A DNA stretch of 64,000 bases from the human T2T-CHM13v2.0 reference genome, Homo sapiens. Within the stretch, counting starts at the first letter, position 1. Each line of letters starts with the position of its first letter. Below, in pieces: positions 60,549-64,000 of this stretch. The position numbers and the translations under genes were made by a program. The stretch lies in assembly GCF_009914755.1 (NCBI RefSeq), contig NC_060937.1, one strand, 5' to 3'. Below the pieces are notes generated by a model, which was given only the letters and a program-made list of their open reading frames with translations, ran no database searches and was not told where the DNA came from.

Positions 60549-61711
60549 AGGAAAAAAACAAACAAACAAACAAACAATTCCCTCAAAAAGTGGGCTAAGG
60601 ACATGAATAGACGATTCTCAAAAGAAGATACACAAATAGCCAACAAACATATGAAAAAATGCTCAACATCATTAATGATCAGGGAAATGCAAAATAAAAC
60701 CACAATGCGATACCACCTTTCTCCTGCAAGAATGGCCATAATCAAAAAATCAAAAAAAAAGTAGATGTTGGCGTGGATGTGGCAATTAGGGAATCCTTCT
60801 ACACTGCTGGTGGGAATGTAAAGTAGTGCAGCCACTATGGAAAACTGTGTGGAGATTCCTTAAAGAACTAAAAGTAGAACTACCATTTGATCCAGCAATC
60901 CCACTACCGGGTATCTACCCAGAGGAAAAGATACCATTATATGAAAAAGATACTTGCACACGTATGTTTATAGCAGCACAATTCACAATTGCAAAATCGC
61001 GGAACCAACCCAAATGCCCAAATGCCCCATCAATCAACGAGTGGATAAACTGTGGTGTGTGTGTATGTGTCTGTGTATGTGTGTGTGTATGTATATATAC
61101 ACACACATATATATGTATGTATATGTATATATATATTCATATATATGTGTGTGTATATATATATGGTTTTGTAAGTAAATCTTATAAAAACCATTTACTG
61201 TGAGAGATGCACTCACTTCCTCCTCTACCCAGTACACTTTCAGAGCTGAGCTCCCAGGAGGCAGTAGGATTACTATGTGCTGATTCCACAAAACCGCTCC
61301 CCTCAGTGAGTGACTGAGAGAAGACGTCTCCTTCCAAGAGCCATAAAGACATGGTCTATATGATGGAATACTACTCAGCCATAAAAAGAAATGAATTAAC
61401 AGCATTTGCCTCGACCTGGATGAGATTGGAGACTATTATTCTAAGTGAAGTAACTCAGGTATGGAAAGCCAAACATCGTATGTTTTCACTAGGTGGGAGC
61501 TAAGCTATGAGGATGCAAAGGCATAAGAATGATACAATGGACTTTGGGGACTTGCGGGGAAGGGTGAGAGAGGGGTAACAGATAAAAGATTACAAATAGC
61601 ATTGAGTGTATACTACCTGGGTTATGGGTGTACCAAAACTTCACAAATTACCAGTAAATAACTTACTCATGTAACTAAATACCACTTGTACCCCAATAAC
61701 CTGTGGGATAA
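60549..61711 (+). mobile_element. 5'-truncated L1PB (PB1-like) interrupted by a (TG/TA)n expansion and a 187 bp foreign insert
   Basis: ORF2 end plus L1PB 3'UTR (GCTAAGCTATGAGGATGCAAAGGCATAAGAATG); TSD AAAAGAG(G/A)TTGCTCCAGT at 60531-60548 and 61712-61729. Confidence 0.93.
61163..61349 (+). repeat. 187 bp copy of 58014-58034 plus 59911-60076 (the SVA-free allele)
   Basis: Colinear match with about 9 mismatches by hand count, spanning the SVA site without the SVA. Confidence 0.95.
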
Positions 61712-62146
61712 AAAAGAGATTGCTCCAGTGAGATGCAAATAAATACCTATAATAATGGTTCCCCTTTACAGACTTTTTGAAGGCTGTACTTTGATGACAG
61801 TGGTTCTCAAACCTACAGAAACAAAGAATAATTTTCTGTAATCCTGGTGAACGTGTTATCAATCAGGATCTTACAGGCCACAGAGGACACTCAAATTGGG
61901 ACAATGTGAGGAGGTTTTATTTAGAGAGAGAGAATTGTGGGCAAGAGGTAGGGGTACCATGAACTTTGGTGTAAAAGCCAGGCAGAGTGTTCCCACAGCC
62001 AAGACTCAAAAGACAAGACTATGGAGAGGGCTCAGAAAGAAAGTCACAGAGTCCCAGAGACAGTTTCTTTTAGAAGAGCAAAGGTTTTGTTGAGGACTTA
62101 GCCAGGACAAGGAACCCTCACAGGAAGGAACTCAAGAGAATTAATG

Positions 62147-62830
<684 letters not shown>

Positions 62831-64000
62831 TCACTTTTCTCGCCAAAATGACTATGAAACTCACTGAAATCTAACTCACTGATGCTACAGGTCCACTTCT
62901 AGGAGCTGAGAGCGGAGCAAACAATGTTGGAAAGTAGATCTAGTGGGGACAATGGACGCCTGAGATATCTTCATTTCTGAAGTAAGAGCACTGAAGTTCA
63001 GAGAGATTCATACCCTGAGTGGTAGATATACCTGAGAATGTTTATATAATCATTTCATGCTATTATTTCATTTAGTCTCCTACACCTACTCCTGACCTAC
63101 AAAGAAAATATTAGATCTATTATGTACATCTAATATTACTCTTTTAAGATAATATTAAACTATCATCACTATTCATTACTGAAGATTTAAGAAAATACTT
63201 TTAACCAGTTCTTTGTACACCCATAACAGAATATATTCTTATGTTGATGAGAAATCCATATATATGCATAAACACTAATTTTTTTCAATAATCTAAAACT
63301 CTGGCCTTAAATTTTTCCAATAATATGTTTACAGCTGAAAATATTATCATCACAATTATATGGTAAGAATGTCTATGTAATTGGTTTATTTAAAGATACA
63401 AACTTTATTAGAAGCTCAAAGGTAATGCAAAGTCAGACACATGGGTTGAGTCCCAAATATGCCTTCTGTTCTCTTTATGATTCACAGTTTATGGGTCTAT
63501 AGTTTTACAATCAATGACACCAAACCTGTTGTTACGTGGGTCACGGTAAAGCAATTAATTAGCTAATACCAATATTTCCGTGTCTTTTTCTGACTTTCAG
63601 AGAATGGAATTGAGAGCTACCTGACTCTTGCTACATTCCCGTAACTAGTATATCATTTATTCTAGTAAATGATTAAGTACAATTAAGTATTTCTGAAGTT
63701 ATGTTTTTAGAAAAAATTACTATCAGTATAAAACCTCTTGCAAACTAATACATCTGTCTCATAGAAAATACTTAAAGCCACTCTTTCCTGAACACTGTAG
63801 TATATGTGCTTGAATAATAAGTGCATCTACTGATAAATAATAAGTGCATCTGCAAATCCAATCTTCCTAGGTAATATAATTCTTTTTTTAGACCTTGATA
63901 ATTTCATTCATTGTTAGGAATTGAAAGCTTTATCTTATATTACATCCTTATCCCCAGGTTAGATGTGCATCTGCCAACCCACGGTTTGCATGAATTGTCC

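Noticed and set aside
63813-63851. Small direct repeats (AATAATAAGTGCATCT x2; also near 27680, 49320 and 50650)
   Set aside because: Ordinary slippage micro-duplications.

Overview
AT-rich hominoid (human or great-ape) genomic DNA, intronic or intergenic, indicated by a full-length SVA, L1PA2/3-like LINEs and AluY/S/J elements. No recognisable host protein-coding exon, RNA gene or CpG-island promoter is present. The long ORFs are L1 ORF2 fragments, Alu or SVA read-throughs, or chance frames. The window is a mosaic of Alus, truncated L1s, THE1/MST/MER41 solo LTRs, DNA-transposon relics, MIR/CR1 relics and microsatellites. The most unusual signals are structural. (1) Three separate 190-320 bp locally templated duplications were each copied from 1-5 kb to the left, in direct orientation, into the middle of an older repeat; one preserves the empty pre-insertion site of the SVA. 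(2) A single TSD-flanked Alu has its left arm inverted (twin-priming-like). (3) An L1 5' junction carries a triplicated 14-mer. (4) The SVA inserted into a near-perfect hairpin. A weakly supported set of minus-strand non-coding exon candidates is also noted. I found no evidence for a new gene system. Repeat subfamily names are from recalled consensus features and need RepeatMasker/Dfam confirmation.
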